Of a stretch of 64,000 bases of DNA, positions 11,466-21,373 are shown piece by piece. The stretch comes from an uncultured delta proteobacterium (GTDB lineage Bacteria; Desulfobacterota; Desulfobacteria; Desulfobacterales; B30-G6), in NCBI GenBank assembly GCA_963823335.1, contig CAWGLD010000001.1:736001-800000 (forward strand), given 5' to 3'. Both the position numbers and the translations under genes were made by a program. Below the pieces are notes generated by a model, which made no database searches, was not told the DNA's origin, and was given only the letters and a program-made list of their open reading frames with translations. Numbering within the stretch: position 1 is the stretch's first letter; each line of letters starts with the position of its first letter.

Positions 11466-12614
11466 TTATCCAGATTCTCTTTTGTCATAAAAATCTTTTT
11501 TAAAGGCTTCATACCTGTCCCCCTGGATTGCCACACGGATCTGCTTCACCAGGTCCAGATAATAATGAAGATTGTGGAGCGTGTTCAATCGGTATGCCAA
11601 CAGTTCCCGGGCCTGATATAAGTGCCGCAGGTATGCTCTGGAATAATGCGTACAGGTGTAACACGCGCATCCATCGTCAACAGGATTTGTATCGTACTTA
11701 AACCGGGAATTGCAAATGTTAATTGTGCCCGAATGGGTGAAAAGCTGCCCGTTCCTGGCATTTCTGGTGGGTATGACACAGTCGAACATATCCGCTCCCA
11801 TGCCCACCAGCTCCACGATATCCTCAGGTGTCCCCACCCCCATGATATACCTCGGCAGGTGGTCCGGGAGACGCGGAATCGTCCAGGCGGACATCTCGCG
11901 CATAAGATCCTTGGGTTCCCCGACACTCAATCCACCCACGGCATAACCTGGAAATCCGATTTCCATCAGGTCCGCCAGTGATTTTTGGCGCAGATCTTTG
12001 TACATGCCGCCCTGAACGATACCGAACAATGCACCTCCGGTTTTGTTTTCGTTCCAGGCGGTCTTACAGCGCCTGGCCCAGCGGGTCGTAAGCTCAAGGG
12101 CCTCTAAGGTCTCGCCCCTGTCTGCAGGATAGCGGGTGCACTGATCCAGGCACATGATAATATCCGAATCAAGGCAGAACTGAACCTGCATGGATTTTTC
12201 AGGGGAAAGCAGGTGGCGGGAACCATCGAGATGCGACTGAAACGCGTAGCCCTCCTCTGTTATCTTGGCCAGCTTGGCCAGGGAAAAAAGCTGAAAGCCA
12301 CCGCTGTCGGTCAAAATAGGTCCTTGCCAATGCATGAAGCGGTGGAGCCCTGAAAAAAGATCGATAATGTCACAACCCGGTCTGAGATAGAGGTGGTAGG
12401 TATTGCCCAGAATGATTTGTGCGCCACAGGCAGACAACTCCTCCGGTGTTACCGACTTGACCGACCCCAGGGTACCCACCGGCATGAAGATGGGTGTTTC
12501 GATGTTACCATGGGACGTTTGGATGATGCCTGTTCTGGCGCTGGTTTCTGATGAGCTATGTATGCGTTTAAAAGAAAACATAAGCCGGTTTGCTTCCCAT
12601 CTGTTTTTACTCAT
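11466..12614 (-). CDS. tgt: tRNA-guanine transglycosylase
   Basis: FMPVGT, GNTYHLYLRPG, TDSGGFQ and zinc-binding CxCxxC. Confidence 0.97.
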   Translation of the reverse strand: MSKNRWEANRLMFSFKRIHSSSETSARTGIIQTSHGNIETPIFMPVGTLGSVKSVTPEELSACGAQIILGNTYHLYLRPGCDIIDLFSGLHRFMHWQGPILTDSGGFQLFSLAKLAKITEEGYAFQSHLDGSRHLLSPEKSMQVQFCLDSDIIMCLDQCTRYPADRGETLEALELTTRWARRCKTAWNENKTGGALFGIVQGGMYKDLRQKSLADLMEIGFPGYAVGGLSVGEPKDLMREMSAWTIPRLPDHLPRYIMGVGTPEDIVELVGMGADMFDCVIPTRNARNGQLFTHSGTINICNSRFKYDTNPVDDGCACYTCTHYSRAYLRHLYQARELLAYRLNTLHNLHYYLDLVKQIRVAIQGDRYEAFKKDFYDKRESG

Positions 12615-12840
12615 TGTTATTACTTAAGAATTTTGTTCAAAACGAACCGCAGAATGTCGAACAAGGAATATCGAATTTCGAAGTGTTTTCTATTACTTCT
12701 GCAGTTCAAAATTTCTTGTTCGATATTCGATATTTCCTTTAAATTGATAAGATCATTAACGTTAATGCAATTGGGCAAAAGCCAGATCTAAGGGCTTACC
12801 CCTCGAACCCTTGTATCACCCTTCAACCCTCAAACCCTTT

Positions 12841-13896
12841 CTATTGAATCAACATCGCATCCCCATAGCTGTAAAATCGATACTTCTCCTGGATGGCGGT
12901 TTGATAGGCGGCAAGGATATTGTTTCTTCCCGCAAAGGCCGATACCAGCATGAGCAGGGTCGATTTTGGCAGATGGAAATTGGTTATCATGGCATCGATG
13001 GCCCTAAACCGGTAGCCAGGATAAATAAACAGATCACATGGCCCGGTCATGGATCTCATGTTGCCGTCATCATCACTGGCAAACTCCAGGGTTCGAACAG
13101 AGGTCGTCCCCACAGCCACCACCCGCCGACCCTCTTGCCTGGCACGGGAAATTGTTTCTGCGGTCTTTTTTGGAATCGAGAACCATTCTGAATGCATACG
13201 ATGGGCCCGGATATCTGCCACCCGGACAGGCAAAAAAGTCCCATGTCCCACATGCAAGGTAATCGGCGCCAGAGTAACGCCTTTGTCCCTGAGCCGGTTC
13301 ATGAGCGTTTCCGTAAAATGAAACCCGGCCGTAGGTGCGGCGACAGCACCTTTTTGAGACGCATAGACCGTCTGGTACGTTGTGCTGTCATCCCTTTCGC
13401 ATTGCGCCCCCTCCCGTTTGATATACGGCGGCAGGGGTGTCTGACCGATCCTGTCCAGTACCGACTCAAAATCACCCTCACACGAAAAAGACAGCGTGTA
13501 AATGTCGTCCCTCCTGTCCACTACCTGCGCCGTCACCCCTTGCGAAAAATACAACCGGGTGCCGATTCGGGTCCGTTTGGATGATTTCAACAGGCAGTCA
13601 AACTGATTCCCATCGGCGGAAGACCGCATGCCTGAAGCATAGTTCACTATCAGCGCTTCTACACGCCCGCCACTTTCTTTTTTGCCCACGATTCGACCGG
13701 GGATCACCCGGGTATTGTTTACCACCAGCACGTCAGACGGTTCCAGAAACGTTTCCAGTTCATGAAATTCCCGATGGGAAAGACTTCCGGTGCTGCGATC
13801 CATCACCAGGAGTCTGGAATGATCTCTTTGCTGCAGGGGTTGCTGTGCAATCAAGTGTTCAGGCAGGTGATAGTGATAATCTTCTATGGAAAACAT
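12841..13896 (-). CDS. queA: S-adenosylmethionine:tRNA ribosyltransferase-isomerase
   Basis: PLPPYIKR, GAVAAPTAG, TNFHLPKSTL, RFYSYGDAM. Confidence 0.97.
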   Translation of the reverse strand: MFSIEDYHYHLPEHLIAQQPLQQRDHSRLLVMDRSTGSLSHREFHELETFLEPSDVLVVNNTRVIPGRIVGKKESGGRVEALIVNYASGMRSSADGNQFDCLLKSSKRTRIGTRLYFSQGVTAQVVDRRDDIYTLSFSCEGDFESVLDRIGQTPLPPYIKREGAQCERDDSTTYQTVYASQKGAVAAPTAGFHFTETLMNRLRDKGVTLAPITLHVGHGTFLPVRVADIRAHRMHSEWFSIPKKTAETISRARQEGRRVVAVGTTSVRTLEFASDDDGNMRSMTGPCDLFIYPGYRFRAIDAMITNFHLPKSTLLMLVSAFAGRNNILAAYQTAIQEKYRFYSYGDAMLIQ

Positions 13897-14085
13897 GGGT
13901 CGTTTATCGTGTTTAGTGTTTCGTGTTTGGTCCGCTGTATGTCAAGCCTGGTTGTTTTCTGATAATAGTAACTCATCACGAAAGCACGCACGAAGTATCC
14001 GTAAAGGATAAATCTGGAAAACACGAACTTTGATTTAGTTTTTCGTGCTTTCGTCCTTTCGTGTTTTCGTGATGAACGTTCTTAT

Positions 14086-14228
14086 TTGAAGAACCTCGCA
14101 GCAAGCTACGAGGAATGTTCTGCCGTACGGCAGTGCTGCGCATCGACCGTAAGGAATTCTGTCTAATTTAGATTCGCTCGCTAACCCCGCAGCAAGCTAC
14201 GGGGAATGCGCTCGCTGTTGCGGTTCAA
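14086..14228. repeat. Dispersed repeat (TTGAA...TTCAA) with CGCAGCAAGCTACG(A/G)GGAATG core; other copies at 53064-53115, 53962-54015, 57207-57315
   Basis: Direct sequence similarity among four loci. Confidence 0.8.
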
Positions 14229-14230
14229 TG

Positions 14231-14434
14231 TTAGCGCTTTCCGATATATACCAAAAAGAGACCCAGACCCATAAGAATCAGGCCGGTACGTCGCAACTGC
14301 AGGTCCGGCATTTCAATTACCTTTCGAACCCAGACCTTCATCTTGTCCGGAAATGCAAAATAGGGGATTCCTTCAACAATCATGACCATGCCCAGAACGC
14401 ACAGGAAAAATTCCATTCTCCTCCTCTTTGACAC
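14231..14434 (-). CDS. DUF2065 family small membrane protein
   Basis: LGMVMIVEGIPYFAFP...LRRTGLILM pattern. Confidence 0.85.
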   Translation of the reverse strand: MSKRRRMEFFLCVLGMVMIVEGIPYFAFPDKMKVWVRKVIEMPDLQLRRTGLILMGLGLFLVYIGKR

Positions 14435-14674
14435 CTTGATTGATCTGTCTCGTGGGCTCTATAGAGCGTTAAACAGGACACTGTCAAACAACCGCTCGAA
14501 CTTGTAAACTTTTTTTATATCGTCTATGCATTGTTATTGTCAAAATAAAATCGTGGTACGATTTTATCTGGCGCGGCTACGCCGCTATGACTCTAATTAC
14601 ATGATTTACATAAATTGCTTAGAGTGTCTATTCTTTACAATACTGGGTATTGATGATAAATTAGTTGGATTCTC

Positions 14675-14887
14675 ATGGAGCGATTGATGAAATCAGACAG
14701 ACTGGATAAAATAGCCGTTCAGATTTTCAAAATGGACGAAGCGCCAACGGATTTTACATACTGGCAAGCGCGGCCCTATGAAGAGCGCCTGGCTGCGTTG
14801 GAATCCATCCGAAACGATTACATAAAGTGGGCATATGATATTCAACCAGGATTTCAGAGAGTTTATCGAATCGTTAAACAAGCATAA
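14675..14887 (+). CDS. Small hypothetical protein, putative partner of the downstream nucleotidyltransferase
   Basis: YWQARPYEERLAALE motif; overlaps the start of the nucleotidyltransferase remnant. Confidence 0.6.
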   Translation: MERLMKSDRLDKIAVQIFKMDEAPTDFTYWQARPYEERLAALESIRNDYIKWAYDIQPGFQRVYRIVKQA

Positions 14888-15024
14888 CGTCCGATTATGC
14901 TTCACGAGAAGAGATTGATATAGAGGGATTAAAAGTCAACCTAATCGATCTTAACCACTTGAAAATAAATAAAATAGCAACCGGCCGGCACCAGGACCTG
15001 GCTGACCTGGAAAACCTAACATAG
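14835..15024 (+). pseudogene. Internally deleted nucleotidyltransferase-like gene
   Basis: N-terminus MIFNQDFREFIESLNKHNV joined out of frame to C-terminus LKINKIATGRHQDLADLENL. Confidence 0.65.
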
Positions 15025-15124
15025 AAGTTCTTCTCATCACGAAAACATGAATCAATTTTTAATCCTTTTTCGTGTTTTCGTCCTTTTGTGTTTTCGTGAT
15101 AAAAATTATAAAACAGGATAAGAT

Positions 15125-16561
15125 ATGCATTTTGAACCCGTTATCGGGCTGGAAGTCCACGCCCAGCTGAAAACCAACACCAAGATATTCTGCAGTTGCT
15201 CCACCGAATTCGGTGCCCTCCCCAACACCCACATCTGCCCTGTATGTCTCGGCATGCCGGGCGTTCTGCCGGTTCTCAACAAAAAGGTCGTGGACTTTAC
15301 CCTGCGCATGGCAGTGGCCACCCATTGCGCCATCGACCGGGTCAGCCGCTTTGCCAGGAAAAACTATTTTTACCCGGACCTTCCCAAAGGATACCAGATT
15401 TCCCAGTACGAGCTTCCCATTGCCCAGCACGGGTTTGTCCACATCCAGATGGACGACATCCGCAAACGGATCGGCATCACACGCATTCACATGGAGGAAG
15501 ATGCCGGAAAACTGATTCACGACCCCCACAGACCCGTCAGCAAAGTCGATTTCAACCGCACCGGTGTGCCCCTGATGGAAATCGTCAGCGAACCGGATCT
15601 TCGATCCCCCCGGGAAGCCGGCGCCTACCTGAGACAACTGCGCTCCATTGTCCGCTATCTCGAAGTCAGCGACGGGAATCTGGAAGAGGGCAGTTTCCGC
15701 TGTGATGCCAATGTCTCCATCATGCCGCAGGGCTCTGCGGAATTTGGAACGCGTGCTGAAATCAAGAATCTAAACTCTTTCAAGCACGTGGAAAAAGCGC
15801 TTCAATACGAAATCGAGCGTCAGAAAGAACTTCTGCTGGACAATGGCAAGGTCGTCCAGGAGACCCGGCTCTGGGATGCCGACAAGGGCAGGACCTTTTC
15901 CATGCGCGGCAAGGAAGATGCCCACGATTACCGTTATTTTCCAGACCCTGACCTGCTGCCCCTGGTCATCGATGAAGACTGGATCGAGACCGTCAGGCGC
16001 GCCCTTCCCGAGCTTCCCGATGAAAAGCAGGATCGCTTCAGGACGACCTATGGGCTCTCGGACTACGATGCAGACCTGTTGACCACCAGCCGCGAGATGG
16101 CCGACTATTTTGAAGCCTGCCTGGCACTTTTCGATCAGCCCAAGCAGGTCAGCAACTGGGTCACAGGCCCCCTGCTGGGGCTTTTGAATGCGCAGGCAAC
16201 AGATATTTCCAGCACCCCCATATCCCCACCGATGCTGGCAGAGCTGCTGCAGCTCATCGATGAAGGCACCATCAGCACCACCATTGCCAGAACTGTTTTC
16301 GAAGAGATGGCGACCTCGGGAAAACCCGCCCGGCAGATCGTGGCGGACAAAGGCCTGGTGCAGGTCACGGATACCGGGGCCATCGAAACGGTGGTCCGGA
16401 ACGTGCTGTCCCGGTCTGAAAAGGAAGTGGCGGCCTACAGGAACGGCAAGACCAAGCTCATGGGATTCTTTGTGGGCCAGGTCATGCGGGAAACCAAAGG
16501 CAAGGCCAACCCCAAGATCGTGAACGAGATATTACGGGAAAAGCTGGGGGGTAAGAAGTAA
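15125..16561 (+). CDS. gatB: Asp/Glu-tRNA amidotransferase subunit B
   Basis: [33 protein letters not shown]. Confidence 0.98.
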   Translation: MHFEPVIGLEVHAQLKTNTKIFCSCSTEFGALPNTHICPVCLGMPGVLPVLNKKVVDFTLRMAVATHCAIDRVSRFARKNYFYPDLPKGYQISQYELPIAQHGFVHIQMDDIRKRIGITRIHMEEDAGKLIHDPHRPVSKVDFNRTGVPLMEIVSEPDLRSPREAGAYLRQLRSIVRYLEVSDGNLEEGSFRCDANVSIMPQGSAEFGTRAEIKNLNSFKHVEKALQYEIERQKELLLDNGKVVQETRLWDADKGRTFSMRGKEDAHDYRYFPDPDLLPLVIDEDWIETVRRALPELPDEKQDRFRTTYGLSDYDADLLTTSREMADYFEACLALFDQPKQVSNWVTGPLLGLLNAQATDISSTPISPPMLAELLQLIDEGTISTTIARTVFEEMATSGKPARQIVADKGLVQVTDTGAIETVVRNVLSRSEKEVAAYRNGKTKLMGFFVGQVMRETKGKANPKIVNEILREKLGGKK

Positions 16562-16896
16562 AAGCGATTGAATCACGAAAACACGAAAAAAAACCTTAAA
16601 AAATCGGAGAGATTCCTCTCTGTTGTTTGAAATACTCCGAAGAAAGTTCTTCGATATCATTTGAAATCTTTATATTATTTTTCAATTATGATAATGATTT
16701 TCGGAACTATCTACAAAAAGAAGCGCCCTCTCGCGACGGCTGGACAATCCCTGTTCGACGGTGAAAAACGCGTTCTAAAGTGCTTGTAATACCGAACAGA
16801 GCCTCAATTTAAAGACAATTAGTGCGTTAAGCAGGCATATTTCAATTCATGCGATACTTATCATGCGGTTAGACAATACCAACGGAAAGATGCCAA

Positions 16897-16983
16897 ATGA
16901 AACATGATTATAAAAGAGTACTAGTGACGGGAGGCGCCGGGTTTCTTGGATCACATCTTTGTGAAAGGTAGCTGAAAGACGGG
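16897..16983 (+). pseudogene. N-terminal remnant of an NAD-dependent epimerase/UDP-glucuronate decarboxylase
   Basis: [28 protein letters not shown]; in-frame stop, rest of gene absent. Confidence 0.75.
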
Positions 16984-17091
16984 ATGTTTGCACTCTTCAG
17001 TATTGTCTGGTTTCGTTTTTTTGACTAAAACCTGAACCGAGCGATTTTTCCCGAAGAGATGGGCCGAGATCTTGATGGAGGAGGGTTCGTA

Positions 17092-17127
17092 AAATAAAGA
17101 GCCCGCCAAAAGGCGGGCTCTTTATTT
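17092..17127. terminator. Intrinsic terminator downstream of the porin gene, probably bidirectional
   Basis: AAATAAAGAGCCCGCC-AAAA-GGCGGGCTCTTTATTT perfect hairpin. Confidence 0.85.
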
Positions 17128-17161
17128 GTTTTACAACACTTCCGAGTCGAAATAAAAAGGA

Positions 17162-18436
17162 CTAGAAGTCGATCTGGATCTTGTGATAGGCTCTGCTAAA
17201 GGCATCCGGGTCATCATATGTGCCACCATTGCCATCGTCCCATTCACCATCTTTATACTTTCCGTATGCAGCGCCAATCGAGTATTTTACATTGTCAGCC
17301 AGCTTGTAGGTCACGCCTAAATTGCCTATCATACCTTCCGCACCGTCCCATTCGCCGTCGTCTGCATTGGACGACATGTACTCGAGGGCACCGTACAACG
17401 ACAGGGCATCGTTAACAGAGTAGTCGGCATAAATCGCAACCAGTGTGGTAGCATAGTATTCAGCGTTTCCGCCGCCAAATCCATCCCAGTCCATGACCCA
17501 GAAACCCGGACCAAAGTCCTCGCCAGAACCGTAACCGACCCCAGCATCCTTATCCCAGCTGGTGTAAGCCACCATGCCGCCGATCTTTACTGCATCCATG
17601 GTCACCCAAACATTAGCATATAAGCCGTAAAGGTCGGCCGAATCCTCGCCACCTGGGGTGTCAGGAATTCCTGCACCTGCATCTTCATTCCATTCAAAAT
17701 CAATGCGCTGATAGACGCCCTCAGCTTCAAAACCGACTGAGCCAAAAGTACCCATGGCCGCCACAATGCCGCCCATGACCTTGTTATCCGGGTCTTCAAA
17801 TTCGAAACCACCATCTATAGCACCGCCGCTCACGTCACCGTTATACCCATAAATCCCCAGAAACTGCAGGGTGACATCCCCTGCCTTGGTGACCAGATAG
17901 GCATAATAGAAATCGGAGTCGTCTTTTTCAGCATCCCAATCACCACTGGCATTGGGTCCAAGCTCCCCTCTTTTCTCGAGAATAACACCCCATTTGCCAA
18001 AACCTGCCGTACCGTCGAGACGCACCCGGTACAACCCATTGGCATTATCGCCAAAGGCGGTTCCAAAGGCACCACCGGTCATGAGACCGAATGCCGTGCT
18101 CATTCCGTTGTCGAACGTGTATTGTCCCCAGGCCCTTTTGAAAGCGATATTATCGTCACCGGTTTTGGTATCTGAATCCGTGGGGGATTGATTAAAGTTT
18201 TCATCATGGATTTCCCAGTTCAGACGGATCAGGGTTTTATCGGAAGGATTAATGTTCAAGGTGCTGTCAAACTCCATGTCGTAGTACATGTAGTTTTCGG
18301 AGTCATCTGATATGCTGCCGCTGTTGTCAATCCAGGAACCTCTTGTGTTGATCATACCGGAATAGTCGTATTCAACGGCATAGGCTGCGCCGGCAAAAAA
18401 CAGCACGGCTAGTGTAACTATAAAAAGTTTTTTCAT
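17162..18436 (-). CDS. Outer-membrane porin / beta-barrel protein
   Basis: Signal peptide, amphipathic aromatic beta-strands, terminal Phe (KIQIDF), strong RBS AGGAGGA. Confidence 0.8.
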   Translation of the reverse strand: MKKLFIVTLAVLFFAGAAYAVEYDYSGMINTRGSWIDNSGSISDDSENYMYYDMEFDSTLNINPSDKTLIRLNWEIHDENFNQSPTDSDTKTGDDNIAFKRAWGQYTFDNGMSTAFGLMTGGAFGTAFGDNANGLYRVRLDGTAGFGKWGVILEKRGELGPNASGDWDAEKDDSDFYYAYLVTKAGDVTLQFLGIYGYNGDVSGGAIDGGFEFEDPDNKVMGGIVAAMGTFGSVGFEAEGVYQRIDFEWNEDAGAGIPDTPGGEDSADLYGLYANVWVTMDAVKIGGMVAYTSWDKDAGVGYGSGEDFGPGFWVMDWDGFGGGNAEYYATTLVAIYADYSVNDALSLYGALEYMSSNADDGEWDGAEGMIGNLGVTYKLADNVKYSIGAAYGKYKDGEWDDGNGGTYDDPDAFSRAYHKIQIDF

Positions 18437-19048
18437 CTTAAAATCTCCTCCTAAAGAGTTTTAATAAAGTGATAGTCATTTTTTTCATACAACATTTGTT
18501 GCACAAACTACTTCATGGAACACTTACGATTGCCTTTCATTACCTCCTTTCCGTTTGCAAGTTAAACATAATTAAACATAACAATGAAACAAATTGCGAC
18601 ATTTATAACAATTAATAAACTAAAAGTCAAGATATTAGGCATCTTAGCAGGCTTTTGCCCCAAAAGTGCCAGATGTGGTATATGTTTTATGGGCACTCAT
18701 ACCAAAGAAAGTGTTTTGGCAAAATCTGAATACACCTGTATTACCCGATTTTCAGCATATGTATCCGTTCTTCTCTTTAATGTCCAGAAAAAAATATGGG
18801 AATCTCCCGGGGTGATAATATAGTTAAAACCAGCCTGGATATGCAGGCAGTAAAAAAACCTCTTATCACGAAATCACGAAAGGTCGAAACCACGAAAAAA
18901 CCACTGAACCGTAATGTCAAAATGGAGATGTCAAACCAAATGAAGAAATGATCCGGTTAGTGCTTTCAAAGACCGCCCCGGCGTGCTAAAAAGGTATCAC
19001 CATCGGAAAAGTTATAGAAAAAACATATGACAAGGGAGTAACATAACG

Positions 19049-20857
19049 GTGAAAAAACAGATTCTGATTTCAATCGTGTTCATGGGTCTTCTGACAATGG
19101 GTTCGGCCCTGGTTGCCACGGGCCCTGCATCGGCAGAGACCCGGTCCGGCATCCTCATTATTCCGTTCAACATTCATGCCCAAGAAGTGCAGTCCTTTCT
19201 CATACCGGCCATCACGGACATGCTCTACACGCGCCTGTCCGCTGAAAACCGGACCGTATCCGTGGAAAAGATGCCTGCGGGGACGGAACCGGTCTCGGTC
19301 GAGGACGCCATCGCCATGGGGCAGCAGCAAAACGTGGATTATGTGCTCTTCGGCAGCGTCACCATGCTGGGGTCCATGATCAGCACGGATGCGCAACTTG
19401 TCGGTGTTGCCCAGGAAAAGCCCCTGCTGACATTCAACGAGGTGGGGCAGGACCAGGGTGACATCATTGCCCACATGGAACATTTGACAACCCGCATCAA
19501 TGAAACCGTTTTTGGTGTGGCCAAAGGCGTGGTATTATCACCCGCATCCGATCCGGCTGCAGACGATATTCACACCCACCCGGAAAAACTGGTGATACCC
19601 GGCATAACGCCTGAGACACCACCGGCTCTTGCACCATCGACTGCCCCTGCAAAATCGACTGCACCCACAACATCGACCGCACCAGCAACGATGACCGCTC
19701 CAACAGCATCAGCTGCGCCCACAACAACGGCTCCCGCTGCTCCCATCGTGCTTGTGGCACCCCAAACAGACGAGGATGAAAGTTCCCTGTCATACTGGAA
19801 AAGCGAAAGTTTTCCGGCGACTATCGAGGGCCTCTCCATCGCAGATGTCGACGGGGATGGTTCCAACGAGGTCGTTTTTGTCAGCTACGACCAGATCTTT
19901 ATCTACAGGTATCAGAACGAAAGCCTTAATGAAATCAAGATCTTAAGTAATAAATCCTTTCACCGTCTCATGTTTGTGGACACGGCCGACATCAACCAGA
20001 ACGGCACGCCTGAAATTTTTGTGACGGATTATATCTCCAGCAATCAGCGCCTGAAATCCATCGTACTGGAGTGGAATGGCAGGGATTTTGCTGTCCTCGA
20101 TGAACTCACTAACTGGTATCTGCGCGTCCTTAAGACACCCGCATCCGGGACTCTTTTGCTGGGCCAGAAGCGCGGCACGGGTTCAAGTTCTACCTTTACT
20201 AACCGCCCTCAGGAAGCATTGTTTGATCTGGATATCCATGAAATGAAATGGCAGGACGGGCGATATGAAGCCGCAGGCAAATTTGCTGGGCCAAAAGAGA
20301 TGACGCTGTTTGACTTTACCCAGGGCGATGCGTCCAACAATGGTCAAACCGAAACCGTGGCTTTTTTAAGAAACGACTTTTTCAGAATATATGACCAGGC
20401 CGGGGAATCCACCTGGGAGAGCGGTCAAATCTATGGTGGAAGTCGTCTCTTTTTCGAAGCACCGAATATGGATCGCACCGGCTCCGTCGCTCAGGGCGTC
20501 TCCCGCTCCGCCAAGAGTGTCAAATACTACCTTCCCCAGCGGATCCACGTAAGCGATATCGACGGGGACGGTTTGAACGAAATTATCGTCGTTAAAAACT
20601 ATGATGGCGAGGGGGGTATTTTTTCACGTATGAAGGCGTTCAAGGAGGGACGTATCGACTGCTTTTCCTATGACGATGTCGGCGTCCAACGCAAGTGGCA
20701 GACACGTAACATCGCCGGGTATATCAGTGATTATGTCATCGGCGACCTGGACAACGACGGCATAAACGAAATCGTACTTTCCACGGTGGCAAAAAATAAG
20801 TCGGTCTTTAATAAGGGTAAGAGTTATATAATGTCCTGTAAAGCGGTTAAGGAATGA
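19049..20857 (+). CDS. Secreted FG-GAP/VCBS repeat protein with Pro/Thr/Ala linker
   Basis: Signal peptide; DVDGDG, DINQNG, DIDGDG, DLDNDG repeats; (S/T)TAP repeats at ~19635-19745. Confidence 0.85.
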   Translation: MKKQILISIVFMGLLTMGSALVATGPASAETRSGILIIPFNIHAQEVQSFLIPAITDMLYTRLSAENRTVSVEKMPAGTEPVSVEDAIAMGQQQNVDYVLFGSVTMLGSMISTDAQLVGVAQEKPLLTFNEVGQDQGDIIAHMEHLTTRINETVFGVAKGVVLSPASDPAADDIHTHPEKLVIPGITPETPPALAPSTAPAKSTAPTTSTAPATMTAPTASAAPTTTAPAAPIVLVAPQTDEDESSLSYWKSESFPATIEGLSIADVDGDGSNEVVFVSYDQIFIYRYQNESLNEIKILSNKSFHRLMFVDTADINQNGTPEIFVTDYISSNQRLKSIVLEWNGRDFAVLDELTNWYLRVLKTPASGTLLLGQKRGTGSSSTFTNRPQEALFDLDIHEMKWQDGRYEAAGKFAGPKEMTLFDFTQGDASNNGQTETVAFLRNDFFRIYDQAGESTWESGQIYGGSRLFFEAPNMDRTGSVAQGVSRSAKSVKYYLPQRIHVSDIDGDGLNEIIVVKNYDGEGGIFSRMKAFKEGRIDCFSYDDVGVQRKWQTRNIAGYISDYVIGDLDNDGINEIVLSTVAKNKSVFNKGKSYIMSCKAVKE

Positions 20858-20918
20858 TTTTGGTGGTTGGTGTTTAGTATTTAGTGGTTAGGTGGGTTTG
20901 TTTGTGTGGGGAATATAG

Positions 20919-21284
20919 ATGGCATTCATTTGCTTTGAAGATCTTCGGGTTTTCCAACTGGCTGAAAAGCTTTGTGACGATATATGGGAAATCGTTCGAG
21001 AATGGAATTATTTTGAAAAGAACACTGTCGGCAGACAACCTGTGAAGGCGGCAGACAGTATCGGAGCCAATATCGCTGAAGGCCCTGGAAGGGGATACCC
21101 TAACGATAATAAACGGTTTATTAAAATTGCTCGCGGTTCCTTGAATGAGACAAAGTTCTGGCTTCGCAGAGCATCCAAAAGAGGTTTATTGGACGAAACC
21201 CAAAGTGATTGCCTGGCAAAAACCCTTGATGAATTAGCACCGACATTGAACGCATTTTTAAGTTCTATCGGTCGGAACGCCTGA
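20919..21284 (+). CDS. Four helix bundle (23S rRNA IVP-like) protein
   Basis: FEDLRVFQ, AADSIGANIAEG.GR, IARGSLNETK. Confidence 0.9.
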   Translation: MAFICFEDLRVFQLAEKLCDDIWEIVREWNYFEKNTVGRQPVKAADSIGANIAEGPGRGYPNDNKRFIKIARGSLNETKFWLRRASKRGLLDETQSDCLAKTLDELAPTLNAFLSSIGRNA

Positions 21285-21373
21285 AAACGCTTTAACCAGC
21301 TACAAAACACTAAATACAAAACACCAAACACATATATTATTTTTTGTGTTTTCGTGATGAAAGATCTTTTCTT

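Noticed and set aside
18650-18675. Sigma54 promoter for the porin gene (TGGCAC on the minus strand)
   Set aside because: The -12 element reads GGGC rather than TTGC; too weak to call
19635-19745. Tandem DNA repeat as a contingency locus
   Set aside because: Degenerate in-frame Pro/Thr/Ala linker, common in secreted proteins
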